Origin: a virus | DNA length: 64,000 nt | Strand: one strand, 5' to 3' | IMG/VR virus record: IMGVR_UViG_3300024581_003792 | Coordinates: 32,001 to 96,000 of that record | In this document: positions 46,601 through 55,000 of the stretch, piece after piece | How the letters are laid out: the number at the start of each line of letters is the position of its first letter | How positions within the stretch are numbered: the first letter of the stretch is position 1 | The notes under the pieces: generated by a model | The model's database searches: none | Told to the model about the DNA's origin: nothing | The model's input: only the letters and a program-made list of their open reading frames with translations | Position numbers and translations under genes: made by a program

Positions 46601-48792
46601 AAGGATATGATATTGAAAAGCTGGAAAGTTTTATTTTTAAAATTGAAGACTATATTATCAATGTAGGTTTTTCTTTTATGGGAGATGCCTCAAATTATCA
46701 AAGACCCATAACTGGAGGTCGTGTTGCCGATCTACCTAATCATTCTAAATCTTTTGATAAAATAAAAATATTTGAATCCCTAAATACATATGCTCCAGAA
46801 TCATCCTCGGGAAAAAACATAACAGATACCTTAGTTGATTGCTTGGCTCAATTCTATAACAGTCCTAAAGCTGGAATAGTTGACAAAAGAATGCTATTCA
46901 TAGTTAGTGATTTTAGCTTTGATAGTGATGAATACGACAAATCATTATCTATAATTAATAATCTTAAATTAGGTAATTCTTTAGCAAAAAGAAGACCACT
47001 AGATAGCACTCTTTCTATATTTGGAAATCTTGGTTATTCTATTAATAAAAGAATTAGTGATTATGGAGGATCTGAATCCTGGAGAGTAACTAACGATGAA
47101 GATGGAGAGCAGAAATGGTCAAACATTTATAATCCTGATTTTACTGGAGATTTTAATCCAGATAATTTTGACCCAGATGATTTGCCTTATGAAGACGGCT
47201 CTTCTAATCCAGTTTGGTATAACGAATCTATTGAAACTCTTTGCATACCAGTAGGACTGGGTAAAACTAATTCTGTCAATAGTAATATTGTAAAATATGC
47301 AAGTGATTACAAAACAGAAAAAGGTTTTGATGATACTCAACTTTACTACAATATAAGTAGCGAAACTCCAGGAGGCCTAGAAGCGCATAGAGCAATCAAT
47401 TTTTTTGGAGTAGTGAGCGGTCTGACTGATTTAGTTAGACTAAACAAGCAAGACGGAAAAATAAATATGTTCTCTGTGACAGTTAGCAACTGTGGGCCAA
47501 ATCCTATACAGCTAAAAAATACAATAGTAAGCTTTTCAAAAGAAGCCGGGCAAGCCGAATGGACAACCAAGTCTATGCAGTTCGGTATACCTAAAAATAA
47601 TGATATTCAAAATTTAGAATATATACCAAAATATATAGACAATGAGAATCCAATTGTTGGGCACGGGGGGCAATATGCACAAGACCCAAATAACCAAAAG
47701 TTTCTGAATGAATCCAGATCCAACATCCTTTGGCATAGTTTTAATAATAAATACGAAGTCTATAGAAAAGGAGAACTAGAAGAGATTAACGGCGGATGGA
47801 AACCGGATAAAGAATTGTTTTTTATATCTGATGAATCAGAAAGTATTATTGGGGGTGAAGATTTTATATTAGTTACCGATCCGATTAGGGTTGGTGATGT
47901 AAAAACAAAAGGAGTATTAAATAATGGAATAGCAAAAAAAGGATTCAAATATAGATCATTTGAGTCTAATTCTGGAATAGAAATACATGATTACAATATA
48001 GTTAATGTTTCTGAAGAAAATTCTTTTCATGGAGATTATTCTCATTTACCCGTACTACAGAGAGATGAATCTATTGATTTATTTTTTGCAATAAAATCAA
48101 ATAAAGAAATAAACTTACAAGAAAGGGCTCAATTGTTTTTTTATGCAGAGGATCTAAAAAGAAAAACGCTTGATTGTTATGCTAATTTTGATTTTGAAAT
48201 AAATGTATCCAAGACAGAAAAACCTATTGAGATTCCAAAAATTAAATTAGATAGATGCAAGGGTAGGGTTTTTGCAATTGCAATGTGCAATTCTAATGCA
48301 GCTAAAGACGACAATTTTGATTTATATTTAAACGATACATTAATCCATCAAGAATACAACGAAGATACAAATACTTGGGAGAGCAAAGAACCTGGCAACA
48401 GTCCTCCAACTTTCACTCTTGATAGAGATCAATACTTAGGCAATGTTATATTGGGAGTGAGTCCTTCGGATATAGCGGGTGCAGAAAGAACATTTAGAAT
48501 ATTGCAGGGTCAAACTGGGTTAAATTGCCCGCCAAGTTTATTGCCCGTCAAATATTTTGACCAAAACTTAATTAAATGGGGAGAAGATGGGCCTAATAAA
48601 TTATTTATACAAAATGTAAAAACAAGTAATAATGGTAATTATGGACAATTAATATTTTTATCCTATAAAATAATAAGTGATGACGGAACTGATGTAGAGT
48701 TAGCAGAACCAAACTATATATCTTCTATAGAATATGCGGGAAGAACTGGCGCTAGCTTTGGCCCATATGAAGTAAGAATTGATAGCTGTTAA
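43642..48792 (+). CDS. large tail tip protein with two lambda gpM-like domains and a vWA-like domain
   Basis: FIWRPSY...FNNRTDQEARAIIHFL and FEHRPS...FDKRSDTEASEILQFLESHLGYKKFRF; IVFAIDVNTS...MLFIVSD. Confidence 0.62.
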   Translation: MDIPTSDWAPEKSYKKHDIVRMRDLSTPYYIEKVEDKKVDLLLTLVDDCNNKIITDQSKKVELDVTEFSQFFERITVRETAEIEYGVKFRLDPRIGYSAKVMIRKASEESTLSDPNLTYFQIEDYGIDKSNSVGIGVGLKFYDKKMDAIDVVNHRKIQRAMASSELHHREWYKAQIDIHPNDIPQDAVFGSAFIFLYGYDTGGFEFRDVEVYNLNQFFYCTEDHISTTTNEPNYLRYWTQDFIWRPSYGSRSTFAAMNESMVLGEGSDYVNNLAINSLPLEIDLTFNNRTDQEARAIIHFLQEKHFPYESIFGLDYKGERLLSSDVQDFNFTYTFPYRKDLKYTCVDFSHSITYRNNNAISAKFICNTESSLKSVDSNSGYNQRLDAIFPVFVNEETFFEKGKIARLDSFPVEEFIGEEAQEKSEESQDDDDEKTVALTSLAEIETYEYDENGYPKAGVLYFREEQNLQVGNCLYIRPEWPENSVFSVGVCKVFKILSPKAFVFGIGQGYIEKITYTKEICPGLEWPLDEPIKEIFLDSRLQPNGDTHNVGPYDPITNDEDDPLEDDETLEKISRLSEERDAPVVIYKLGMCPEDCLSAQPILPPSIKDGVVPHKIINPVTGEERKRIIYLKNYRMLQMEADITPSSYALFVTPLSSFTLGPEDDTQVLIPAVEGRSSLYIEDPDLIPKYPWLQVRNFEHRPSLTFNLNNQPSHYKSEFVQYYNKKYKKSINQNMSTFTVVFDKRSDTEASEILQFLESHLGYKKFRFVMPRPYGTDTDPLTTQARPRNSTFYCPSWDHEIVYKNNHTITATFIESSTAIQEDLANPKGPCFGAHIYNPITQHETSTYSSVAYAYHQSGLEYEREKGYFLNIKPKLIEIVFAIDVNTSTLTQYLSVEGNSYSKYQLIRDSLLKLISGYADPVSSDLKFPSTYGFGKYNTPEISDTDSIPPWYSAGDPIDGVIPSLLEQNYEHDPAREKTTNETLLDQGYDIEKLESFIFKIEDYIINVGFSFMGDASNYQRPITGGRVADLPNHSKSFDKIKIFESLNTYAPESSSGKNITDTLVDCLAQFYNSPKAGIVDKRMLFIVSDFSFDSDEYDKSLSIINNLKLGNSLAKRRPLDSTLSIFGNLGYSINKRISDYGGSESWRVTNDEDGEQKWSNIYNPDFTGDFNPDNFDPDDLPYEDGSSNPVWYNESIETLCIPVGLGKTNSVNSNIVKYASDYKTEKGFDDTQLYYNISSETPGGLEAHRAINFFGVVSGLTDLVRLNKQDGKINMFSVTVSNCGPNPIQLKNTIVSFSKEAGQAEWTTKSMQFGIPKNNDIQNLEYIPKYIDNENPIVGHGGQYAQDPNNQKFLNESRSNILWHSFNNKYEVYRKGELEEINGGWKPDKELFFISDESESIIGGEDFILVTDPIRVGDVKTKGVLNNGIAKKGFKYRSFESNSGIEIHDYNIVNVSEENSFHGDYSHLPVLQRDESIDLFFAIKSNKEINLQERAQLFFYAEDLKRKTLDCYANFDFEINVSKTEKPIEIPKIKLDRCKGRVFAIAMCNSNAAKDDNFDLYLNDTLIHQEYNEDTNTWESKEPGNSPPTFTLDRDQYLGNVILGVSPSDIAGAERTFRILQGQTGLNCPPSLLPVKYFDQNLIKWGEDGPNKLFIQNVKTSNNGNYGQLIFLSYKIISDDGTDVELAEPNYISSIEYAGRTGASFGPYEVRIDSC

Positions 48793-48793
48793 T

Positions 48794-50284
48794 ATGACTT
48801 TTATAAATCCAGATCAATATGATATCAAACTCAGCGAGTTTCATCCTGAGGATATTCTTTGTGGACCTTTGTCTAGTGAGGAAGATCCAGGAAAAACCGC
48901 AAACACTGAGTCAGGATTAACAATAGAATTAGAGCCAAGCTGCGATCCTACTTTTGATTTTGATTGCAAAAAAATATGTAGAGAGACTACTGTTGAATCA
49001 GGAAGTTTTACTATATCTAATTCTTGCACAATGCCAATTACTATAACAGGGTTCAAAATGACTGACCCCGAAAGGTTTTCTCTTTTTAAATTTCCTGATT
49101 ATACTGGAGTTAAAGTTTATCACTCTGGAATAGTAGAGCAGTTGCCGTTCACCCTAGAGCCAGACAAAAAAAAACAAATACATACCTTTTTTCATCCACT
49201 TTACGATGAATTAATGAACGGAAAGGAAGGAACTATTTTGAATAGAACGGGTGATAAATTTGGTTCGTATGTAAAAATAAAACCAGGATTTCCAATATTA
49301 AACTGCGAAGACGGAGATGCTTGCAAGCCGACTATTATATTAACAGGAGAGTTTCTTGAAAAAGATAGACAAGAAATTACCTGGGGTGATAATAAAGATA
49401 ATTTTGATCAAGACTTTAAAAAAGAATCCTTAGAAGGATTGAGGCTAGAGGAAATTAATAACGAATTTTTCTTGCAAAAGAAAACTAGTAGTTTCTTTAC
49501 CATGGATTCATCAAAAAAAATGAGAGAACAGTATATAGATTTTTTACAAGCTACTGTTGATTACGCGATTGAGCTCGAAGACAATTCGTGGTATAATAAA
49601 TATGGAGATTATGGTATAACCGGATCACTTGGATTATTCAATGATTTAATAGAGTCAATCCTTAACACCACTGTATCAGCTAGCCTTGAGCAAGCAAATG
49701 AATCTGGCGGAAACATAAAAATAATTGCGAATCAATATCTTGGCACAGATGGAAATAATATTAATTTTGAATTAAAATATGGAGAGCCATCTAATGATGT
49801 ATCTGCTTCCGCAACCAATATTACAGTATCAAGATCAGAGGCTGCTGGATCAGAAGTGGACACTTCTGTAGTAGTAGATCAAATAAATGATTATGTGGCT
49901 ACAAATAATTCTGATTTTGTACTATCTAGTGAGCTTGAAGGTTCTGACGGGAAAATACTAGCTTTTTCCAAAAAACTGTCAGGAGGAGGTGATGGTAGAA
50001 CATATACCTTTAATGCAATAACTACTAGTGATTTTGAGAAAGAGTATCAGCAATTAGATGCTTTCTATAATAAAAAAATAGAATTTAGATCTCAATACAA
50101 TCAGCCTAAGATAACACTAACCTATAATGGCAAAAATTACGATGGAATAATTGGCTATAATACGCCCATAAAAAACATTCCACTTATGTCTAATCAGGCA
50201 GTTTTTTACAGATTAGATGGAGCATCTTCAGAAATTTTTTTATGCGATGTAGGAGATTTTGAAAACGATATAATCAGAGAATAA
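48794..50284 (+). CDS. virion structural protein, Ig-like N-terminal domain
   Basis: FTISNSCTMPITITG...LPFTLEP Ig-like pattern; start codon uncertain (48779 or 48794). Confidence 0.45.
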   Translation: MTFINPDQYDIKLSEFHPEDILCGPLSSEEDPGKTANTESGLTIELEPSCDPTFDFDCKKICRETTVESGSFTISNSCTMPITITGFKMTDPERFSLFKFPDYTGVKVYHSGIVEQLPFTLEPDKKKQIHTFFHPLYDELMNGKEGTILNRTGDKFGSYVKIKPGFPILNCEDGDACKPTIILTGEFLEKDRQEITWGDNKDNFDQDFKKESLEGLRLEEINNEFFLQKKTSSFFTMDSSKKMREQYIDFLQATVDYAIELEDNSWYNKYGDYGITGSLGLFNDLIESILNTTVSASLEQANESGGNIKIIANQYLGTDGNNINFELKYGEPSNDVSASATNITVSRSEAAGSEVDTSVVVDQINDYVATNNSDFVLSSELEGSDGKILAFSKKLSGGGDGRTYTFNAITTSDFEKEYQQLDAFYNKKIEFRSQYNQPKITLTYNGKNYDGIIGYNTPIKNIPLMSNQAVFYRLDGASSEIFLCDVGDFENDIIRE

Positions 50285-50285
50285 C

Positions 50286-51323
50286 ATGAGAGATACCAAA
50301 GCATTTAATAAAGAAATCTTACAGATAGAACCTTCTACTGTTATCTGTTTATATAAAATTAACTTACGAGATCGGGGTCAGTATCTATTTCATGCTGGAG
50401 AAAATGGATATAAAAATAGAATCATATTCAATGGCGAAAAATATGATTTTATGCCAATTAAGGTAGAAGGTTTTGACATTCACGGTGACGGAAAACTACC
50501 TAGACCGAAGATGACTTTTTCAAATCATCAAGGTAATATATCTTTGCGCTTAGGAATATTTAAAGACTTTATAAATTATAAGGTTTCAAGAATTAAAACA
50601 TTTGCAAAATATTTAGATCAAGAAAATTTTCCTAATAATATTAATCCTCATGGAGACTCTAATCCTGATGTTTCATTTACAGAAGATGTATTTTTTGTTA
50701 ATGAAAAAATCGCCGAGAATGATCAGATTGTTGAGTTTGAATTAGTATCGCTATTGGAGCTGCAAAATGCAAGTATACCGTCTCGGACTATGTATTCTAA
50801 TTATTGCTCATGGCAGTATAGGAGTAATATAGGTTGCGGGTACAGGGGTAAACCTATATCCGATGGAAAGAATAAGAGATTCGTGTCCAGTGGATACCAC
50901 GGACAAATGGTTGGTCAGGAAACTTATTTCGGTCAAGATTATGACAATATTGAATTTGCTAAAAAAAGACCAGAAGATGATCAGTATGAGATTTGGGCAA
51001 GAACAGGAAGATATAATAAGGGTGACGTAGTTAGAGTTGAGGCATATGATGACGATAAAGATATTTATCCAGTAAATATATATGTATGTCTTTCTGACAA
51101 CGTGAGATCAAATCCGGCTCTCGATAGGGAGAAATGGGTGCTTGATGATTGCGACAAAACTTTATGCGGATGTAGATTAAGGTTCGGAGAAAATGCAACT
51201 GGAGCGGGTGGTGGATCTAGAATGAACGCGCAAGATTTAGAGCAAGACATGCTTTGGACTGAAAGTGGCAATGGATTACCTTACGGAGGGTTTCCCGGTA
51301 TTGACCCTTATGAGTTTAAATAG
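50286..51323 (+). CDS. lambda gpL-like minor tail protein
   Basis: PIKVEGF..GKLPRP, TFAKYLD..NF, CSWQYR..CGY, CDK...C.LRF, LPYGGFPG. Confidence 0.9.
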   Translation: MRDTKAFNKEILQIEPSTVICLYKINLRDRGQYLFHAGENGYKNRIIFNGEKYDFMPIKVEGFDIHGDGKLPRPKMTFSNHQGNISLRLGIFKDFINYKVSRIKTFAKYLDQENFPNNINPHGDSNPDVSFTEDVFFVNEKIAENDQIVEFELVSLLELQNASIPSRTMYSNYCSWQYRSNIGCGYRGKPISDGKNKRFVSSGYHGQMVGQETYFGQDYDNIEFAKKRPEDDQYEIWARTGRYNKGDVVRVEAYDDDKDIYPVNIYVCLSDNVRSNPALDREKWVLDDCDKTLCGCRLRFGENATGAGGGSRMNAQDLEQDMLWTESGNGLPYGGFPGIDPYEFK

Positions 51324-52035
51324 TTTTAATGAAGAGATAATTTCTTACTCTAAGGATAATAAAGCTGAAGAGATTTGCGGTTTTGTTTTACTTTGCCCCG
51401 ATAATTCTGTAGAAATTACAAAAGAAGTCAATGTCAACCCTGATCCTTCTAAATCCTTTTCTATATCACCCCAAAAATTTATAAACTATTCTATCAATAG
51501 AAAGATATTGGGAATATATCATTCTCACCCTTTCTCTGATGAATCACCTTCGGCGCAGGACATTTTGTGCTCGGAAGAGAGTGGTATACCTTATTTGATA
51601 TATAGTCTGCAAACCAATAAATTCTTTTTGTATTACCCTGAATCTTATGATCCTGCCGAATTAATTGGAAGACCCTATGTTAAAGGTTTTTATGAATGCA
51701 CTTGCCTGTTGAAAGATTATTTCCTGACGAATTTAAATTTAAATATCACTAAATGGAACAAAAACTATTGGTTGACGGACTCAGACGACGAAGCTAATGA
51801 TTTATTAATTAATATATTAAATAATAACACAAAGAATATAGAAATAAAAGAAATAAAAGAGCATGATATATTAGTGTTTCAAATAAAAAATAACGGAAGA
51901 AAGCATGTAGGTATTTATTTGGGTAATGATTACTTTATTCACCAGTGCGGTAATACGATATCAAGAAAGCAATTACTGGATAATAGATGGCAGTCAAAAA
52001 TAAAACGCGCATACAGACACCCTTCTTTAGTGTAA
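51310..52035 (+). CDS. lambda gpK-like tail assembly protein (JAB/MPN + NlpC/P60)
   Basis: EEICG, YHSHP...PS.QD JAB motif; GRPY..G.YEC and HVGIYLG...IH NlpC/P60; likely start 51310. Confidence 0.88.
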   Translation: MSLNSFNEEIISYSKDNKAEEICGFVLLCPDNSVEITKEVNVNPDPSKSFSISPQKFINYSINRKILGIYHSHPFSDESPSAQDILCSEESGIPYLIYSLQTNKFFLYYPESYDPAELIGRPYVKGFYECTCLLKDYFLTNLNLNITKWNKNYWLTDSDDEANDLLINILNNNTKNIEIKEIKEHDILVFQIKNNGRKHVGIYLGNDYFIHQCGNTISRKQLLDNRWQSKIKRAYRHPSLV

Positions 52036-52053
52036 ATATATAACGGCAAAAGG

Positions 52054-55000
52054 ATGAAACAAGTTATTTTACATGGAGCCTTAGGTAAAAGGTTTGGAAA
52101 AAAATGGGATCTCAATGTGAGTTCCCCGGGCGAAGCTATCGCAGCTCTTTTCGCAAACAATCCAGAGATAGAAAAATATTTAAATAAAAAACAGCAAGAA
52201 GGTGTTGTTTATGGAATTAAAAAATCTGGCGAACAGGATTTCACAGAAAACAAAGAGTTTCTATTGTCCACAGAAAAAGATTTACACGTTTTTCCAATAG
52301 CTCAGGGTAGCGGTGGATTTGCTGTTAGTTTGATTATGACTGCAATAACTACTGCGGCCAGCATGTATATATCGAAGAAAATGGCTGAAGCCATGGAAAG
52401 AGATGATGAGACCTTAAAGGTTCAGACTAAATCATACATGTATAATGGGAAAGAGAATAGGTTTACCCAAGGTCAAAATGTGCCTTTGGGTTATGGAAAG
52501 CTCAACATTGGAACAAATGTTGTCTCTGCATGCACGGTTAACTATGATTACAATTCAGAAACGGGGAAAATATTTAACTTTAGCAAGGGCTTATATAGCT
52601 TAATACCTAATTACCATAAACATTATCGAGTTGATCTGGGCCCATTGTATTCCTGTTTTGCCCTGAATGTTTTTGATGGAAGCAGTAAGTACGCTTTTGT
52701 GGATCCTGCATTTCAGGAAATAGCAAAAAAAATATCTGATGGAGAATTTGGAGCCACTGATGGTCTGTATGGGGGGTTTGAATCTCTACGAAATCAGCAA
52801 GCAAGATTTGTTACTATGCCTGAAAAGAAAGGAGATGCCATAGGCGGGTATTACTATTATACTTTTAATTATGCAAAAGGTGTTAACAAACAATTTCTTG
52901 GAAACTTTGGGTCAAACGGTAATTGGTACCCAAATCCATTAAGTGATATAGAGGGAATGAGGTATGCAGTAACAGAAGCAAATGCCATTAAGAGCTCTTA
53001 TGTTTGCCTGCAAAGTATTCCTGTTAAAGAAAATGATAATCAAGCTAAAATATTTTACCCAATAATGTTTAGTGAAGATCCTCTTGAATACCTTCATGGG
53101 GATCAAAGTACAGATAACCCAAGAAATGCATACCCAATACAAGTTGGAGAAAGATGGAGGGGTGCCTCAAAAGCTAACGGGGTAGGATGGTTCAAGCTAG
53201 AATCTACATCCGTTTACAAATCAATCGACCTAGTATCCGAAGGCCCTGTAGATGGTTTTTCAAATAAAAATGGAGAACTAGCTGTATTTGATAGAGAGTA
53301 TAAAGCTAATGAAGGCAATCCTGAGGATTTAAGAAATGCAAAAAATGATTATTTGCAAGGTGTTTTTCTTGATGGAACGCCAGTTAAAGAAATATCTTTT
53401 GAATCAGAATTAGAAGGAGGAATAGATTCATATAATATAAATGAATTTGATATAGATTTAGGGGTCAATAATGAGGGTCATATAGGTACGGAAGATCAAT
53501 CCCTACTAGAACCTCAATATTTATTTACATCATACACGAAGGATATAAACGGAGATTTATATGGACCAAGAACTATAGACTCAAAAACTCTTAAAAATTC
53601 AGTACCTTCTACCCAATTTAGTGCATCCTCCACCTACGAAGAGGGAGACTATGTAGAACACGATGGAGAAATTTATCGTGTGCAGACCAGCTATAATGAA
53701 GCTTTTATTGAAAGCGGCGATTATACATACGATGCTGAAAACATGGAGAACAACTCTATTATTTATGTAGGTGAACCAGAGAGTGCAACTTTTTACAAAG
53801 CAGATCAAGGCCTAAATGAATATAAACAATTTAGCGGAGAATATGTAACTGACACCGTACAGTACCAGGAAGGAGATAAGGTAAGGTGTAAAAAGTTTGA
53901 CTATACGATGGGTTACTACAAAATGGGAGTTAACTCTGATAAATTTCTGGGGACTCATAGTAAACAAAAAAATTACGACGGAAAGCAAGGCTATTTATTA
54001 TTAAAAGAAAATACTAGGGGCGGACCAAATTCAAACTCAGATTTATATATTATCACAGGAAATGACGCGGGAGAAGGAAAAAGTCTAGCAGAATTCGCAA
54101 GCGGTTTGTCATATTACGAAGATGAGTTTTCAAATTATGCAAATGACCCAATGATTATTTTGCTAAATCCTGACAAGATTCCAGGAGTAGAAGATGGACA
54201 AGTTAAGGTAACTGAAACAACATTCGTTGATGTTCCTGAAGGTGGTGAAATACCCGAAGGGGGAGCGGTTAATGAAACTATTATAACTTTTGATTTTCCG
54301 CAAAATGTCGTAGAATCTCAAATCGATATAACACCTGGTGGTACTGCAGACCTAGCAGAAGATTTATGGAATCAGATAACTATTAATGCTCCAGACGATA
54401 TTACAGATGAAGCGGGTGAGCAGGTTGAATTATTTAAAAATGTTGATGAGTCTGATTTCGATGACATAAAGCTTAGGAGATTCAATGAGGAAAATTATTT
54501 ATCACATACAATAATTAACCCTTTAGTGGAAGAAGCATATATAACTTTACAAGTTAATGAATTAGCGTATGTCTATCAGGGAGATGAAGTTGAGGTTGAG
54601 TATCAACTCGGAAAACTCTGGACATTTTTGCTTGCAGCATTGAGTGTGTATCAAATTTTTAAAGGAGTACAAGAAGGAGTAACCCTTGGTGGTGCTGCGG
54701 CATCCCAGGGTACAATTGCTACTGCTGCTACTGGTACATGCGCAACACCGTTCCCTAATGTAGGGGCTTGTATGCTCGCAGGCGCTGTGGGATCGACAGA
54801 ACCTGTTAAGGCTGCAGCTTTTATCGCAGGAGGTGTCGCATCTGGGGTTCTGGTTGGTGTACTTGGATTGATACTATCTTTTGTATTAGGCAGTCATAGG
54901 TTTAAGGTAGGTACAAAAGTAGAAAACTCAGGAGAACTTTGGCCCAACAAAGCAAGATTTAGAATAAAATATGGAAACGAAGGCGAGGTACTGTATTCTA

